DNA of 64,000 nt from contig OX597821.1 of assembly GCA_951406725.2 (NCBI GenBank), positions 47,306,001-47,370,000 on the forward strand, in the 5' to 3' direction. Made by a program: the position numbers and the translations under genes. Position 1 is the first letter of the stretch. Every line of letters begins with the position of its first letter. Below the pieces are notes generated by a model that ran no database searches, had not been told where the DNA came from, and worked only from the letters and a program-made list of their open reading frames with translations. Of the stretch, positions 49,301 to 64,000 are shown piece by piece. The stretch is from Octopus vulgaris (Eukaryota).

Positions 49301-50782
49301 CAGTGCAGGTACCACTTAAGCATCTACACTGCAAAGTGGTTGGCATTTGGAAGGGTATTGATCTGTAAAGATCACGCCAAAACTGATCTTATCTCTGCTG
49401 GTGCTATGTAAAAAGCACTCAGCCTGCTTTGTGGGGTGGCTGGTGATAGGAAGGGTACCCAGCCATAAAAACTATGCCAAAACAGACACAGTGCAGGCTT
49501 CTGCCTGGCCAGCTCCTGTCAAACCATCCTACCTATGCCAGCATGGAAGGACATTAAACAATGATGATAGTGATGATGAATGTAACTCATCTACAGCTAA
49601 CAAACATATTTACATAATGGTAGAAGGTTGACAGCCTCTAAAATTAAAAACTACAAATACAACACAAGATGTTATGCAGAGGAGCCATACATATACAACA
49701 TGTTTTATAAACATCACACTAGTAAAAGTTTGTTTACTGAGAGACATAAGATATATCCTTTGTTATTTGGGCAATACAGAAAGGGACAGAAACAGACAAA
49801 CTGATCTTCTTTTCTAATTAGTGAAGCATCTGTTTGTTTATTCATGATATCTTATCATTTAGCCATGATATCTGCACAGTAATGCTGAATACATGCTTAT
49901 CAAATGTATATGAATTCCATCTACACACACACACGATGTATATAGGTTTTAGATAGAAATTTTGATGTAATACAAATATAATGAAATGTTCCCAATTATT
50001 ATTAATCTAGAGATAATTATCTAAATATATAATGAAACTAGTATTGTCAAACAATCCAGGTGGAATCAGAAACATAACAGACCAAAAATTAATTAGGTTT
50101 TCATAGAATGAAGGGAGACAGTCAAGATGGTAGGATAATGTGGGAGAAATGAGAAAATATTCACCAATTTTAGACACTGGCTGAGTCAGTATTTGAAATA
50201 AACTGGGGAAGAGAGGAAGGGAGAGAATGAAGGAGAGCAGGAGGAGGTAAAATGCGTTAATTCATAGACCTAGGCAAACTTCATCTGAAAGTGTGATGAG
50301 GAAGAGAAAATAACTGACTTTCAAGCATTATTATCTAAAAACTCTGTAATTCAAGAATTACAAAGAATTCCAACCTAAAAAGATCAGAGAAGAATTTAGT
50401 TATAAAAACTAAAAGAAGTGCAAAACAAAAAAAGAAAAAAAAGAAAAATTAAAAATAAATAAATAAATAAATAAAAACAGACCATGCAACAGATTTTATG
50501 TGAGGAGGAGATGCATATATAAAGCAGGCCAATGACATTTCCAGAGCCTTTATCTAACAAGATGCTAATTGTTTGTTAGTCAGCATTCACTTTTGTTATT
50601 TTAGAGAGGGAGGAGTTTCACTGAGAAATCGTCACTAGAATTTTCTTTGGTAGAGAAATCAAAGAGACAGAATAAAACAATGTAAAGCCAATTCAGTTGA
50701 AAGCATCACAATAGCTTGACTAGAGTTGGAAAAAAAAAAAAAAAGAGCTAAACAAAACATTCTAAAGAGGAACCTATTTTAC

Positions 50783-50860
50783 CATGGTTTTCCATTTCTA
50801 AGCCTATAGATACTGTGCTTGAACGACATCCTTCGAAAACATACTTGAGCAGCTGTTTAG
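50783..50860 (-). CDS. Weak candidate 78-nt symmetric exon (phase 1-1; xKQLLKYVFEGCRSSTVSIGLEMENH)
   Basis: Acceptor ttttgttgttattttag, donor G|gtaaaa, open only in phase 1. No recognisable homology. Confidence 0.2.
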
Positions 50861-53400
50861 CTAAAATAACAACAAAAATACCTTGAAATAAGAAAATGGT
50901 TTTTAATGACCCCCAAAAAAGCAAAAAAAAAAAAGCAGATGTTTACAAAAAAGATAAAGATGATATTCCTTCATAAAATAAATAAATAAATAAATTTAAA
51001 GACAAAAATAATTTCAACAGAGAATTAAATTTGATTTGTGGTTTTGACTTTCTCAAAATTGTTGATATCCACCACACAAAAATAACTGGCTGGGGAGACA
51101 AAAACGTGGCCATATTTTTTCTTAGTAAAACAAAATGTTGACAGTAGTTATGATGATGAGGATTTTTACATGGGACACTGTTTTGTACAGCTGTGAGAAA
51201 TGTTCAGAACCAATATAATTCACTTTAGTACAATATTAGTACATATGATATTGTTATGATCACAATTGTTTTACACCAGACATAGGATTAAAGTTCAGAA
51301 TTGATCAAGCCTGTAATTGTGCATATTCAGGGCTACATTATATAGATGCAGGCATGGTTAAGAAGTTTGCTTCCCAACCACATGGTTTTTAGTTCAGTCT
51401 CACTGCGAAGCACCTGTGCAAACCAAAGCCTTGTGAGTAGATTGAAACTGAAAGTAGACAGAAACTAAAAGAAGCCTGTCATACCTATGTACATACATAC
51501 ATATGTGTGTACATTTGTGACTCCTTGTCTTGAAAGTGTGTGATTGCTGTAAATGAGTGTCATTTGTTTCTAATGTTCTGCAAAAACATGTCTAGTCACA
51601 TGGAGATGTAACTATGCTTGAAAACAGGTAAGGATTGGTGAGAGAAAGGGAATCTAACCATAGAAAATCTGCCTCAAGCAATGTCATCTTCTCCACACAA
51701 GCATGGAAAAGTGGACATTAAAATAACGATGATGATAATGACATTACCTAATGTATTTTTTTTTCTTAAAGCAGAAGGTTGTGATTTATTCCATAAATGA
51801 AACAAATACGATTCACTAATTTGATTCATTCACCAACAAGACTTCTCCATCATCTTGACTCATTCTCAAACCTGATTGATTCTCTGTCTTGACTCATCCA
51901 CTTAAATGATTCAGTGTTTCAACTCACACAAAAAATAAATGTTGCTGATATATCAAAGACTGTACAAAAAAATTATTTCTTTGATGTATAAAGACCCGGC
52001 TACATTTTGGTGACACTACTTAGGGTGAAGAAATAATTTATATTTTCTTTTTCCTTTAGAATGACAGAACAGCTAGGTTGTACCTGTAACCTTGTTCTCT
52101 TTTCTCCACTCACTTCTACTTACCACAGACATTTTAAAGGCCAACCCTGGCACTTCATCAACACTATTGTTGTGTCTCTCACCCGCTTTTCTGTAATGAG
52201 TGCAGTCATATTGCTCCCCAACAGTAAAAGATGTGTTCTGTTCTCGCCACTTTCTCTCATACTTTAACCTCTCATCTCCTAACACACTGAAGTTCCACTT
52301 GGTCAAAGAGGATCTTAAGTCCTTCTAGGTGCATAGCAACATCACAAGTGCGAGTGCATAGAAAAAGCACCCAGTACATATTGTAAAATGGCTGAGTCAT
52401 AGAAACCATGTGAATGTTGACATAGGAACATGATGCAGTTTTTGGACCTGTCGGATATTGTTAAATCATCTAACCAATGCTAGCACGGAATATAGATATT
52501 AAATCAGGATTTAACACAAGGTAATATTACCTAAAATTAAAAACTAATTTTGGCATAGTTTATCTAAGATAGTATGAATGACTGGAAGTAACAGTGAAGC
52601 AGCTGAAATAAGAGGGAGAGAGGAGAAGGGAGCACAGATTAAGTCCTACCTACTAAGATAATAAAGTGGAAAATAGTGTCCTAGTAGTAATTGCATGCCT
52701 CAGAACATATTCTCTCAAGGTGGTACCAGAATAGACTTCCTCTGGTAGATCCTAAGGATACCTACAAACACTTCCTCTTCCTGTAAGTCAGTCTGCTGGA
52801 CTGTTCTAAGATATAGTCACAGCATGAAGTCAATACTGCTATAGTGGCAAGCTGTTATTACTCATGGTCTTTATTTCAAACCAGGATGAGAACTGCATAT
52901 CTTGATAATTTAGTATCTCAGGAATGGGGAAATTTATATAATCATATAAACTAGCTGGGCCTGTGAAAAATTCATGGAAACAAAGTAAGCTTCTGTAAAT
53001 TGTTGGTGCCGTGAGAAATATTCTGTGACAGTTACAGAATATAAAAAGAAGTGTAAAACTGCAGTTATGCAAATGTAAATAGAATTACTATTTAGTCTTA
53101 AAATACATTGTACATATTCAAAGAACCTTCTTTGTTCAGTATTATGGAACGTTCATCTGGTATTCTTTTATTTGTTTCAGTCATTTGATGGTAGCCATGC
53201 TGGAGTACCGCTCTATAGTCAAAGAAATCGACCCCTGAACTTAGTCCCTGTAAGCCTGGTGCTTATTCTATCAGTCTCTTCTGTTGAACAGCTAAGTTAC
53301 AAGGATGCAAACACACTAACATCAGTTGTCAAATAATGGTGGTGCTGGTGGGACAAATACACACTCAAACACACACACTAAAAAAAAATAATATATACAT

Positions 53401-53440
<40 letters not shown>

Positions 53441-55585
53441 GACAGGCTTCTTTCAGTTTCCGTCTACCAAATTCACTCACGAGGCTCTGGTCAGCTCGAG
53501 GCTATAGTAGAAAACACTCTTTAAAGTATAGAGTTGAATTTCATATAGCCACCTGTTGGCAACTTTTTTCTCCCCACCTATTTTGTAGGGTGCTATTACC
53601 TAATTTTCTGGGCTCTTTTCACAGCTATATCCTGTTTGAAATTTGCATTAGTTTTTGTATGGAAAAAAAAAAGGAAGGGAGTGGGGCTTGTTTGTAGTTT
53701 GTAGAGAAAATGTTAAACAAGCCTGAAAAAAAAAAAAAGCTAAAGACAAAGAACTATGAAAGAAGGCGATAAGTACCAGGGGTTGGGGAAAGAAGAGAGA
53801 ACTAACAGTTGATCATTCTAGAACTTCCAGAATATAAATGTAAACACCTGAAAGACTTTCTCTCTATTCATTACTAAAAGTCTTTCCCTCTTCTTCATTG
53901 TTAAAAATAAAGAAGCTTGAAAAGATCAATCGTATTTCAGTCTGTCCTTGTGAATGACTGACGCTTTCTTTCTCTATCGCTTCACTCCTTTTCTTAAGAG
54001 AGTGAAGGTGCATGGCTCAGTAGTTAGGGATATTCGCTTTGCCACTCACTTCTTCCTTTGAAGTAAGTGTGACACATACCACAGGTAAGTACAAAAAGAA
54101 CAAGTTAGCATATTAATATTATTGATACTGAAGAGAATATATGAACATATGAACTGATGTATTCAGCAAGCAAATTGGAAATATGGAAGGTTGATAGAGA
54201 ATCAAGTATAAGCCAGGTATTGTGACTGATTATAAGCACCATTCTGTGAAAAGCACCATTCTATGAAAAGCCAGTGACGTTGGTCTGAAGTTATAGTTGA
54301 CAGAGACAGTGCAACAGTGTCACTAAGGAACAAGACAACCAAGTGTCCATGACATTTGCAGTTTGAATTGGTTCAAATTGGTAGGTTATTTCTAACATCA
54401 ATCTTAGCAAATCAATCAACCAGGTGGTTATCTATTAAATATCCAGCCAGAGAGACTAACATTGGAGCCAAAAACAAATGATACAGTAAACAAAATTTAT
54501 TGTAATGAATGTGCTTCTCTTTAATTCATTTACATTCTGTGCAACAAGAAAGTGTGGAAGAGTGAGTGAAGTTAAACAATAAACCTGTAATTCTGTGTTT
54601 CTTTATCATATCAGACAGAAAAAAGAAGACACATTAAATAGTCTGAAAGATTACGAGATAATGCTACACACAGGAGATATGTACTTAGGTAAGAGGCAGT
54701 GTAAAATTAAATAAATAAAAATACAAATGCATACAAAGAATTTTAAAAAGATGAAACAGGCTGGGAGGTGCAAAAGAGTAAGGGTTAAATTACGTTTTGA
54801 GGAGGTTATATATCAAAGTAACACATTTCTCAACAGAAAGTGAAACACGGTATACAATTTTTTTTTTTGTAAGGAGTAGAAGAATGAGATATTCTAAATT
54901 GACCATTTACAGTTCATATACGAAAAAGTGTTGGCATTAATAAAGGCACCCAACTATAGTAAACCATGCCAAAGTAGACACTTGAGCACAATGCAGTTCT
55001 CAGACTTAATGGATCCTGTCAAATTATCCAGCTCATGCCAGCTGGAACATGGATGTTAAATGATAATGATGATGATGATGATATGAGGTGCAAACAAAAG
55101 ACTAGCAGGAAATGTAACAAGAACACAGGTTAGATTTCAGGCTGAGAATTACAGTAAATATGCTGCAGCGGTTGAGATTATCAAAGTATGTTGAAATGGA
55201 TGTTTTGTTCTGGAAGATAAATATCTTATAATTCTGGTGATGTAAGACAGCAAAATGTAGGAGGTAGAGACAGAGACAACACAGCTTCATCAATAGATGT
55301 GTCAGCTGTTCACACTGACTTACACCAAAAATCTAAATTAAGTAGATTTGATGAAATATTGGCTGATGCAAATAAGAGCAATGTTTAACCTAATGCAAAT
55401 TTACACAGTGAATGACACATATATTGTTTACTACAGTGCTTAGCATAGTTTACAGATGCTGCATTTGAATCTTGCAGGCAATGTTACAACTTATTCACAT
55501 GTATTACAAAGACACACTCACATATAGATTTAACATACATGTACACATGTTAAGTATATATACATATATATATGTATACATACAT

Positions 55586-55625
<40 letters not shown>

Positions 55626-55668
55626 GGATAGATAGATATTTAGATAGATAGATGTATATACACATATA

Positions 55669-56110
55669 CAGGGTACGATGAATATATTGTCATCTAAATT
55701 ATGCAAAATTGAAAATAACACTGACATCTCATTTTAAGAGATATATTTACCAAAATTACATAAAAATTATCTCGAAATACTAAAGAGTAAATTTATTCAA
55801 TAAAATCGCCATTGGCTTCAAACACAGCCTCCAGACGACTTCGGAATCTCCTGCAACTCTTCTGGAAGGTCTCCTTGTTTAAGTTGGTGAATGCTGCCAT
55901 AATCCTTGCCTTCAGTTCATCTTTGGTATTACAAGGCATTTTTTGGGGCTCTCACTCAACTGCACCCCACACATAATAATCAAGGGGGTTGCAGTTTGGG
56001 GAGTTAGGTGGCCAGATGTTAGGGGTGATATGGTCACAAAAATTGTCTGACAGCCATGATTGGGTTCTCCTGCTTGTGTGGCATGGTGCAGAGTCCTGTT
56101 GCCAGACAAT
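55669..56110 (-). mobile_element. DD37D (maT-type) transposon 3' portion with terminal repeat
   Basis: WQQDSAPCHTSRRTQSWLSDNFCDHITPNIWPPNSPNCNPLDYYVWGAVE, with 37 residues from D to D. TA|CAGGGTACGATGAAT terminus at ~55669. Confidence 0.85.
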
Positions 56111-56219
56111 TTGTTGGAAAATGAAAATGGATGCAGAAAAAAAGAAGATCTCTGCAGAACAATGATCGTAAGATAACAACTGCATTGATGAATGCCAATT
56201 TGACAGCTATAGGAGTTCA

Positions 56220-56570
56220 TGTGAGGGTCAACAACTACTTGAACTCTAAATATCAGTGGCTTGAAGACATGCCATCATTGTTGAAGAAGAAGCACTTAAC
56301 TGCTCATCTGAAGTTTACTGGGAACTTTCTGAAGGAGCTCGAATGATTTTGGCAATCTGTTCTGTGGTCTAAACTTAAGTTATTCAGTCACAATAATAGA
56401 GCAACTGTTTGGAGGGAAAGAGGAGAAGCCTACAATCTGAAGAATATTAATCCTACCATCAAACATAGTGGAGGCAGCATAATGTTGTGGAGCTATTTTT
56501 ATGCTAAAGGCACTGGGAAATTAATTCAAATTGAAGGAACAATGAAAAGAAGAGAATTATCTCAATGCTT
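56220..56570 (+). mobile_element. Tc1-like transposase remnant
   Basis: LLKKKHLTAHLKF..FWQSVLWS..VWRERGEAYNLKNINPTIKHSGGSIMLWSYFYAKGTGKLIQIEGTM. Confidence 0.8.
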
Positions 56571-57425
56571 CTAAGAATCCACAACATGGAGATTTAGAGG
56601 TATCTAAAATCTTGATTGTGTCACTCCAGTGTAGAAGATATTACCCACATCATCAGCAGGCTCTCCAAAAATTTCTACAAGGTACTACCTTTCCATGAGA
56701 CTTGATACTGTCACTAAAACCAACTACAAAGCTATCTGCATGAAGTATTTCCTGGTAGCAGTACCAAAGGTACACCAGAATCAAAATTTTTCCACACTTT
56801 TAAAAACTAAATATTACTAGTGTTTTTCCAATAAAAAAAACAGCACTCTAGTGTAAACACCAAAACTAGATATTGCTCTGTGGGACAACAGATAAAAAAT
56901 TATGCACTGTTATAACAGTCGGCTGCCTAGCAGATACAAATGTGTCACCAAAAGTTGAAGGAAAGAACATCTACATAATGATGAGAAATTTACAGCTCTA
57001 ATAACCAGAGTATGATTTTCATTTGTACCTGCTATCATAGGTACAAATGGGTTACATAACAGATTTTCATAAAATCTTAGAAATGCCAAGAATAGAAAAA
57101 ACAAAGCAATTTCACATTCTCCAAATACAACTGATTTGTAATACAATAAAAATTTGTAAAGCATTGAATGTATACAGTCATATGTATGTGTATATTACAA
57201 ATACACATACATAAACTGTACTCAATCATGTACCAAAGGAACATATTCATCCATTTGATGAGCGCAAGAATATTCGCACATACACCTGCATACATGCACA
57301 CACTGATGCACATATTCACAGATCCCTGCTAATGTCTTGATCCACAGAAATGCTCGAATTTTGATTCTGTGAAGACATTAAATTTCAGTGACACATACAC
57401 GGTAAAAAAAGTAGTCTCAACTTAC

Positions 57426-57568
57426 AACACTATTACAGTTATTTGCAATCCATGACTGTCTGTGCCAGTCTATACCATTGGAACACCGTTGCAAAGTTGA
57501 ACACCATCTACAGGAAAAGTTGCTTTTCTGAGTGAAACATGTTTGGCAATCTTCAGCAAGGTTACAGG
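57426..57568 (-). CDS. PLXDC2: PLXDC exon: PSI (plexin) domain
   Basis: tttgcctag|(T)CNLAEDCQTCFTQKSNFSCRWCSTLQRCSNGIDWHRQSWIANNCNSV|gtaagt; phase 1 to 0. Matches the family pattern C.WC..LQRCS.G.D.HRQ.W...C. Confidence 0.95.
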
Positions 57569-60186
57569 CTAGGCAAAGAAGAAAAAAAAAATCATTATTC
57601 AATAAATAAAAAATTACTAGGATAATAATTAATGGCTAACAAGAAACAAATACATATCAATTATTTTGTAGAAATATCATTAACAATGGGCTTCATACAT
57701 TTCATTAATTCAATCTGTCTATATATATTCACATTAGTTGTTGTTTATCCCAGGCTTGAGCAGGCTTATAATCAAAGTTATTCAAGTTATTACTTACAAG
57801 TATAGTGCAAGTAAGACTATATTATTCAATGTATTTTTGTCTCAAGATAGTAGTCTGAGGAAAGATTTGACTGCTATTTCTTACAGAGTGAATGACCAAA
57901 ACTGGTAGCTAATCAGACTAAAGAATTCCCAGTACTGTCACTGCTTTATGTTTTGAGATCAAATCTCATCAGATAAACTAAGAACTGTTAATGTATTAAT
58001 GGTGGTTCCCATGACTGAGCCATCACTGCAGACTTAGAGACAAGTGATGTGAACTTGTGTACTACAGTGTGTATTAAAGATATGTTACAGTGAGAATCAC
58101 AAATGACCAAGTTAATAAGTGGCCATTTTGGTTGAAGGTTCAAATCTTTATATTATCATCTTGCACAGATCAGTGTGTTAATAAAAAGGTACATCACTCT
58201 CAAAATCTTGAACCGTCCAACAGTAAGGAGACACTAGTGAGGAACACTACCCAACATCACCTTGTAGTGCCACACTCAATTTCACTCAAGGACCAGAGCA
58301 AGAATACCAGTAATATCAGTAAGGGCCACTAAAGTGCTATCCCATCAAAATCATCAAAATAGGGTATGGTTTCAATTCCTAGCTATGGACATATCATTCT
58401 GTACCACTTGTATCATTAAAAACAAGTGGGACGTGAACAATATCCCTCCCATCGTTGATCCCCTTGACAGCTGAAGTTTATAGGCACTACATGAAAAATA
58501 TCAATGAAAAACAATTAATCCCAACAGGGAAGTCCCAATGGAGTTGTAAATCACACCCTGCTGTCTTACATAAGGATCAGGTACATTAGATAATATAATT
58601 TAAAATATCTATAAGAAAGATAGGAAAGTCAATGGTGGGGTATTTTGATCAAAAGTCTACTCATTGAGGCTTATCCTGGAACCAAACAACAGCAATTTAA
58701 ATATCATTACTGCGCCCTTACAATAGACAGTTACTGTTGCTGATAATCTCAGGTAAGCCCCGAATCAGCAGGCCTAAGATAAGGATATTCCAGTTATGAC
58801 TGTGCCATTTTTTTCTTTACAATGATTCAATATATCTTATATCATCATTTAAAGTCCGTTGTTCATGCTGGCATGGGTTGGACAGTTTGACCAGGGCTAG
58901 TAAGCTGGAAAGCTGCACCATTCTCCAGTCTGATTTGGCATGGTTTTCTATGGCTAGATGCCCTTCCTAATGTCAACCACTCAGAGAGTGTAATGAGTGC
59001 TTTTACGTGCCACTGGAATAGGTGCCATTTGCATGACTCCAGTATCAGCCACATCTGCCATTTTGCTCAGTTTGATGGGTCTTCTGAAGAATGACATAAT
59101 GCTAAAGGTCTCGGTCATTGGCATTATGTCGTGCTTTTAATGTTACACCATCCTAACAAGGCTAAATATGGTTCTATATACATGATAGTACATGGTAGTT
59201 GTTAACATATGATAAGAAGGTTCAAAATTACAATAGTCTCTTTTCTTCATCATGTACTCTCAAAACATGTGTTTCAACAAAACAAAGAAACAAATAAATA
59301 AACAATCCTGAGAGGAGGAATAAAGAATAGTAAAAAATACCTAATACATTATGTTCTATACTGTGTGATTGCCAATGAAATTAATTATGTGATTGCTTGT
59401 CAAGTAAAGAATTAATAATTATCATCATTAAATGTCTTTCTACCATGCTGGTATGGGTTGGATGGTGTGACAGCAGCTGGCAAGTCAGAAAACTGTGCCA
59501 AGCTATGCTGTCTGCACGGGCATGGTCTCTATGGCTGGATGCCCTCCCTAATGCCAACCACTTTACAATTTGTACTGGGTGATTTTTCTGTGGCACCAGC
59601 AGCTGTGATATCACCAAGTAACTTGCCAGATAAGATCCCTCTACAGGACAGGCAAAGTAGTATTGTGAGAGGTGACTTTGGACCAAGTGATGAAACTTCC
59701 ATCAACAGGATTAATTGAATAGTAAAAAGAAAAGAGATGAAATATTAAATTATGCAAGAACTAAGTATGCTTACTAAGGGTATAAGTCATGATTACTATT
59801 GGATCTTGACTCAATTGCTATATCAATAACTGAGTCCATTGATATATTTATCATAGGATTCACTTCTAACACAGGTTAGAAGAGCCTTTAGTGCTGTAAG
59901 CCATTACTTAATTCAATCTAATGTGTAATCTCAATATGGATGGATTTCAAATTCTTGCATCACCAATGCCCAGAGGAAAGAATTAGTAAAACAACTTCCA
60001 TCACCAACCCAAAGGTAACTAAGTTTCACACCAACACAATGAGAATTTTCTTCAGAGTGGTTTCAGGATACACTTTACAGACACGAAGGTGACATACAAA
60101 TGTAAAGGAAATGAATCAAGTTTGCTAAAAATGAGACAATAATTGCAAAAAGCCAAAACAAATAAAGTAAAAGTTAACAGACTTAC

Positions 60187-60279
60187 TTGGGAGTGGAGTA
60201 AGTATCACAACAGTTCTTTGTCTTATTTTTGCCTTATCAATTGTAACTCTGTGGTATTCATAAATTATTCGGACAATAC
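60187..60279 (-). CDS. PLXDC2: PLXDC exon: end of the nidogen-like (NIDO) region
   Basis: cttttag|(G)IVRIIYEYHRVTIDKAKIRQRTVVILTPLP|gtaagt; 93 nt, phase 1 to 1. Family motif IYEYHRV..TPLP. Confidence 0.95.
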
Positions 60280-61499
60280 CTAAAAGAATATGAAAGTAAC
60301 AAAAAGTTTTAAAATTTTACTAATACTTAGCTGCCAATACATGCTAAAAAATATAAATTTCCCACCCCCAGCTTCATATTAAGCTGTAGCTCCATAAGAG
60401 CATTCTAAATTAATCCATTCCTAATTCTGATCCAAAACTTTTCTCCTCTTATCTAAAATAAAATCATTCATTCTCATTTTATGGGACAATCTTCTGTTAA
60501 AAAAAATGAAATAGCTAGTTTACTAAACCCCTCCAAATGCCTGGTTATCTTCACAATTAAGTGAAACACATATTTAATTAAAAATATGGCAAGGAAAGTG
60601 TTAAAACTCATGTCTGTACCCACATAAAATGTCAGAAGAGTACAGATTTTATGATTAAACAATTATTTGAACATATTCATAAGATAAAAAGATATCAGAT
60701 GTATTTCTTGTATCTTCATAACAGAAAGGAATCACTGCTCATATTATATTAGTGCTATCTATTTCATGGGGATTAAGAAGTCTGTTCCAAAACCATATAG
60801 TTCTAGGTTCAATTCTACTGTATGACACTTTGGGTAAATGTCTTTTAAAGTGAACATGATAGGATGGACATCCAGTTGACCAAATTTATCAATTACAAAC
60901 AAGACATGGACTCCTGAACCAACTGTGAGAGCAATAACTCTGGATAAAAGTGAACTTGTATTGTTATGGCTCATCCAAATTTACCACCATAGAAAAGGGA
61001 TATGAAATGAGAATATTTACACACACACACACACACACACAAGCATACTTGTGAGATTACCTGCTGAATCACTGTATGCCCTCAATGATGAAATAACTAA
61101 TTAAGATGAACTAAGAATGTGCTGCCTCAGTTCATCTAAGTCAATCAAATTTTTATGAGATCTGTATAATCTAGTCTCTCTCAAATATACAGAGTGCAAA
61201 GGGTACTTGAGGAAACCTAATTATCAGTATATTACTCTCTTCAAACCAATTACAAAGCTTTTATTTCTTTCAGATCCTTCATGGCAGATAAAATGCTAAC
61301 ACAGGAAATGAAAAGACATGCATCCATCTTTGCCACATGAGTGTGAAACAAAGCAGTTTATAAATTGCCAACTTTCTAAATGTGGCAAGATCTTTGTTCT
61401 ATACATAGTTTGGATGAAAAAGGAAGCTTCCAAGCAAGAACAATACAGCTGTATTAAAGACAAAAATAAGATTCTAAACGTTTGGACACAATAGGGACA

Positions 61500-62290
61500 C
61501 TGCAATTCATCCAAAAGGCTCAAAACATTATTGATGATGATCCTAGAAAATCAATAAGGGTAATCAATAAAGATCTTCTGGTGATGCAGTAGATTATGAG
61601 AACTGCTGTGCATGAGGGCATTGAAAACAAGTCACATGTACTGAGGAGAGGCCACAGGCAAACTATCTGATCTATATCAAGTGATTACTTAACAAGGTTA
61701 AAAATCTTCACAAACCTGACCTGCTTTGGTTCCTCTTTGAGGAATAAAAGTTTGACCAAGATCAAAAGTCTAACAGGGGAAATTACAAATGTTTCCAGAG
61801 TGATGCACACTAAGTTGCTAGTAACTATGATTGTTTTTTTTAGGAATAGTGAATAATTAAAGTCATTTCATGCCAACTCACATCCCTCCACAACTTCTTA
61901 GAATTAATGCTGCTGGATACAATGAGGTGCTGGAGACAGTTGTTAAATCCTGGATGGATGAAGTATGCAGTGGAAGGCCATATGTGTTTCAACAGAGCTC
62001 AGCACTTTCCCACCAAGTCCATGTAACCCCTGAATAGAAGTTAGACAATCTTTATGATCATGTAACATGAAACTTGTGTCCTCCAAACTTACTGGATTAA
62101 AATCCCATGGACTAAAATGTTTGGAGCATTGTTGAAAGGGAGACTAATTGACATCCCTACAAGACCATAGCTTCACTGAAGCTGTTTTTCAGGTGACTTT
62201 GAAATGAATGAGGACCATTTAGAACAGGCATGTCACCAATTCCCATCTTGCATCAAAGCAGTCATTGAAGCCAGTGGCAGACTGATAAAA
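61500..62290 (+). mobile_element. Heavily decayed DD37D (maT-type) transposase
   Basis: VLETVVKSWMDEVCSGRPYVFQQSSALSH..DNLYDHVT*NLCPPNLLD*NPMD*NVWSIVERETN, homologous to the 55952-56110 translation. Confidence 0.75.
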
Positions 62291-62959
62291 TAATTCTTAT
62301 AAGAAAGCTTACTGAGAACATGTACACAAATTGCTATAAACATACATTTGGTTTTTGCTAGATTAGAGTTGTTTTATTATATTACCCAATATGTCCTCAA
62401 ATACTCCATTGTGTGTGTGTTTGTGTGTGTGTGTGAGCGCACACACATCACCACTGTATATTTATGTTTTGCTGTGTAGTGGACAGGCAAACAATGTTAT
62501 CTATAAACATTTACACAGAACATCACAGGTATTGCTTACTCAGCTACATGAACAAGCCCACAGTTTTAAGAGAGGATAATTTTAGATTCTAGTTTTGTAA
62601 AGCTTATGATTGAGAACCTGTAATCTCTAATGTCTTGTTTGTCTAAACTTTTTTTCAGTTCAGGACTCATTACAATGCCTTTTCTGCAGTATTTCACTTT
62701 CAATTTTAAACTTATTACATTATTAGCTTTAACACCTTCAAATGAACACTAGCAAGAGGAGTAACTAGGTTCACATTATTGGGATGTTGAACTGGCACAG
62801 CATACAGGAGTCTAACTGAACCAATGCTATGAGACCAAAGTTAAACAAAATTGTGCTCTTGAATTGTTTGACCTGTACATATTTAACTAAGGTGCTCTAA
62901 AACACAAATTGTTTGTGATCAAAAGGTAAAAAATAATTTTTATATAGAATTAGGTTATA

Positions 62960-63085
62960 CAGGGTGTCCACAAAGTCTGGGTGCATGGAGTAAATAAAAT
63001 CATAACATAAACAATTAAACATAAGAAATAATAATTTCTTAAAGTATTGTTAATCCCCATGTACCCAGACTTTGTGGACACCCTG
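62960..63085. mobile_element. Tc1/mariner-derived MITE, 126 bp, TA TSD
   Basis: TA|CAGGGTGTCCACAAAGTCTGGGTGCATGG ... CCATGTACCCAGACTTTGTGGACACCCTG|TA; 29-bp TIR with one mismatch. Confidence 0.9.
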
Positions 63086-63377
63086 TACATCTTATGCAGT
63101 TCCATCCACCTCACTGCTCACAATATTTACACTCAGAAGAACTATATTTCACACAGATACATAGTGACAATGTAGCTTCCTCCTCCTCCTCCTCCTACAA
63201 CTACTACTATTACTATGTATATGATGAACGGTTAGTTGATACTCAAAGCCTGACAGAAGTACTCTTCTGAAGTTATCTATTAATTGATGCATTTGATGAA
63301 GAACAGTGAACTCACTCCATTTATTATGACTCTCATGCAAAATAAATATTAGATAATTGACATGAATGCAAACTTAC

Positions 63378-63471
63378 CACTGTCACCCTTTTTGTCAATG
63401 TAATATGCATCGGACAATCCTATTTTTACAGGATGGTTTTGTGAACTGATAAAATAAGGAGATATTGGTAA
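63378..63471 (-). CDS. PLXDC2: PLXDC exon in the nidogen-like region; the gene continues beyond the window
   Basis: ttctacttccag|LPISPYFISSQNHPVKIGLSDAYYIDKKGDS(G)|gtaagt; 94 nt, phase 0 to 1. Family motif ISS.NHPVK.GLSDA. Confidence 0.95.
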
Positions 63472-64000
63472 CTGGAAGTAGAAATTAAATTGATTTCTTG
63501 TAAAACGATAAGGGAAAACAGTATCATGTATCTTAAATAAAAGTTTATCACTAACAATGCAGTGTAAGGGATTGTCTTTATAAATATATTTAGTACAGCT
63601 ATGAGGACTGCTTAAATTTGAAATCCAAGTTAATGACTATATCAGTCATGAATTTAATTTGTTGCCCAGTTTAACATGACCACCAGCTGGTCCTTGAGTG
63701 GATGTGCCTGTAGCAAAGTTCACTCAATTGCAAGCTCAGGATTATTTCCTCCATTCAATTCGGAAGCCTTTATGACTACACCTCCTCCTCTGATTAACCC
63801 CTAAAGAAATAAATAATTCACAATATGGCCTTGTAATCATTTTTGTTCCAAGATGTATTGATTTATCAGTGATTAAATGAAGCAATCTAAGGGTCTTAAA
63901 TCTCCAGCTTTCTCTGTGTCTCTCTCATTAATTTGGTTCTTAACACCAACCAATTTTTACAGCAAGACTATTATTTAGATATACCATACTTATCCATGGT

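Overview
AT-rich, microsatellite-dense eukaryotic genomic DNA. The repeat content ((TA)n/(CA)n arrays, tRNA-derived SINEs, RTE LINEs with (GAT)n tails) points to a coleoid cephalopod, probably Octopus; this is inferred. The only host gene is the 3' half of a plexin-domain-containing protein (PLXDC1/2, TEM7-like) on the minus strand. Five GT-AG exons are well supported: 63378-63471, 60187-60279, 57426-57568 (PSI domain), 13896-14014 (TM helix) and 12675-12773 (cytoplasmic tail and stop). At least one small stalk exon in the 43-kb gap is unresolved, and a long 3' UTR probably follows. The rest is decayed transposons: Tx1/L1, RTE and CR1 LINEs, Penelope-like remnants, DD37E, DD37D and Tc1 elements, Helitrons, MITEs and SINEs. 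The most striking unannotated signal is a set of seven type-I minimal hammerhead-ribozyme motifs, plus one aberrant pair, linked to Penelope-like remnants. One of them is duplicated as an inverted pair inside the putative 3' UTR. The transcription unit is also dense in long fold-back repeats that would form dsRNA in the pre-mRNA. Nearly all ORFs in the supplied track are spurious microsatellite or antisense-repeat translations.
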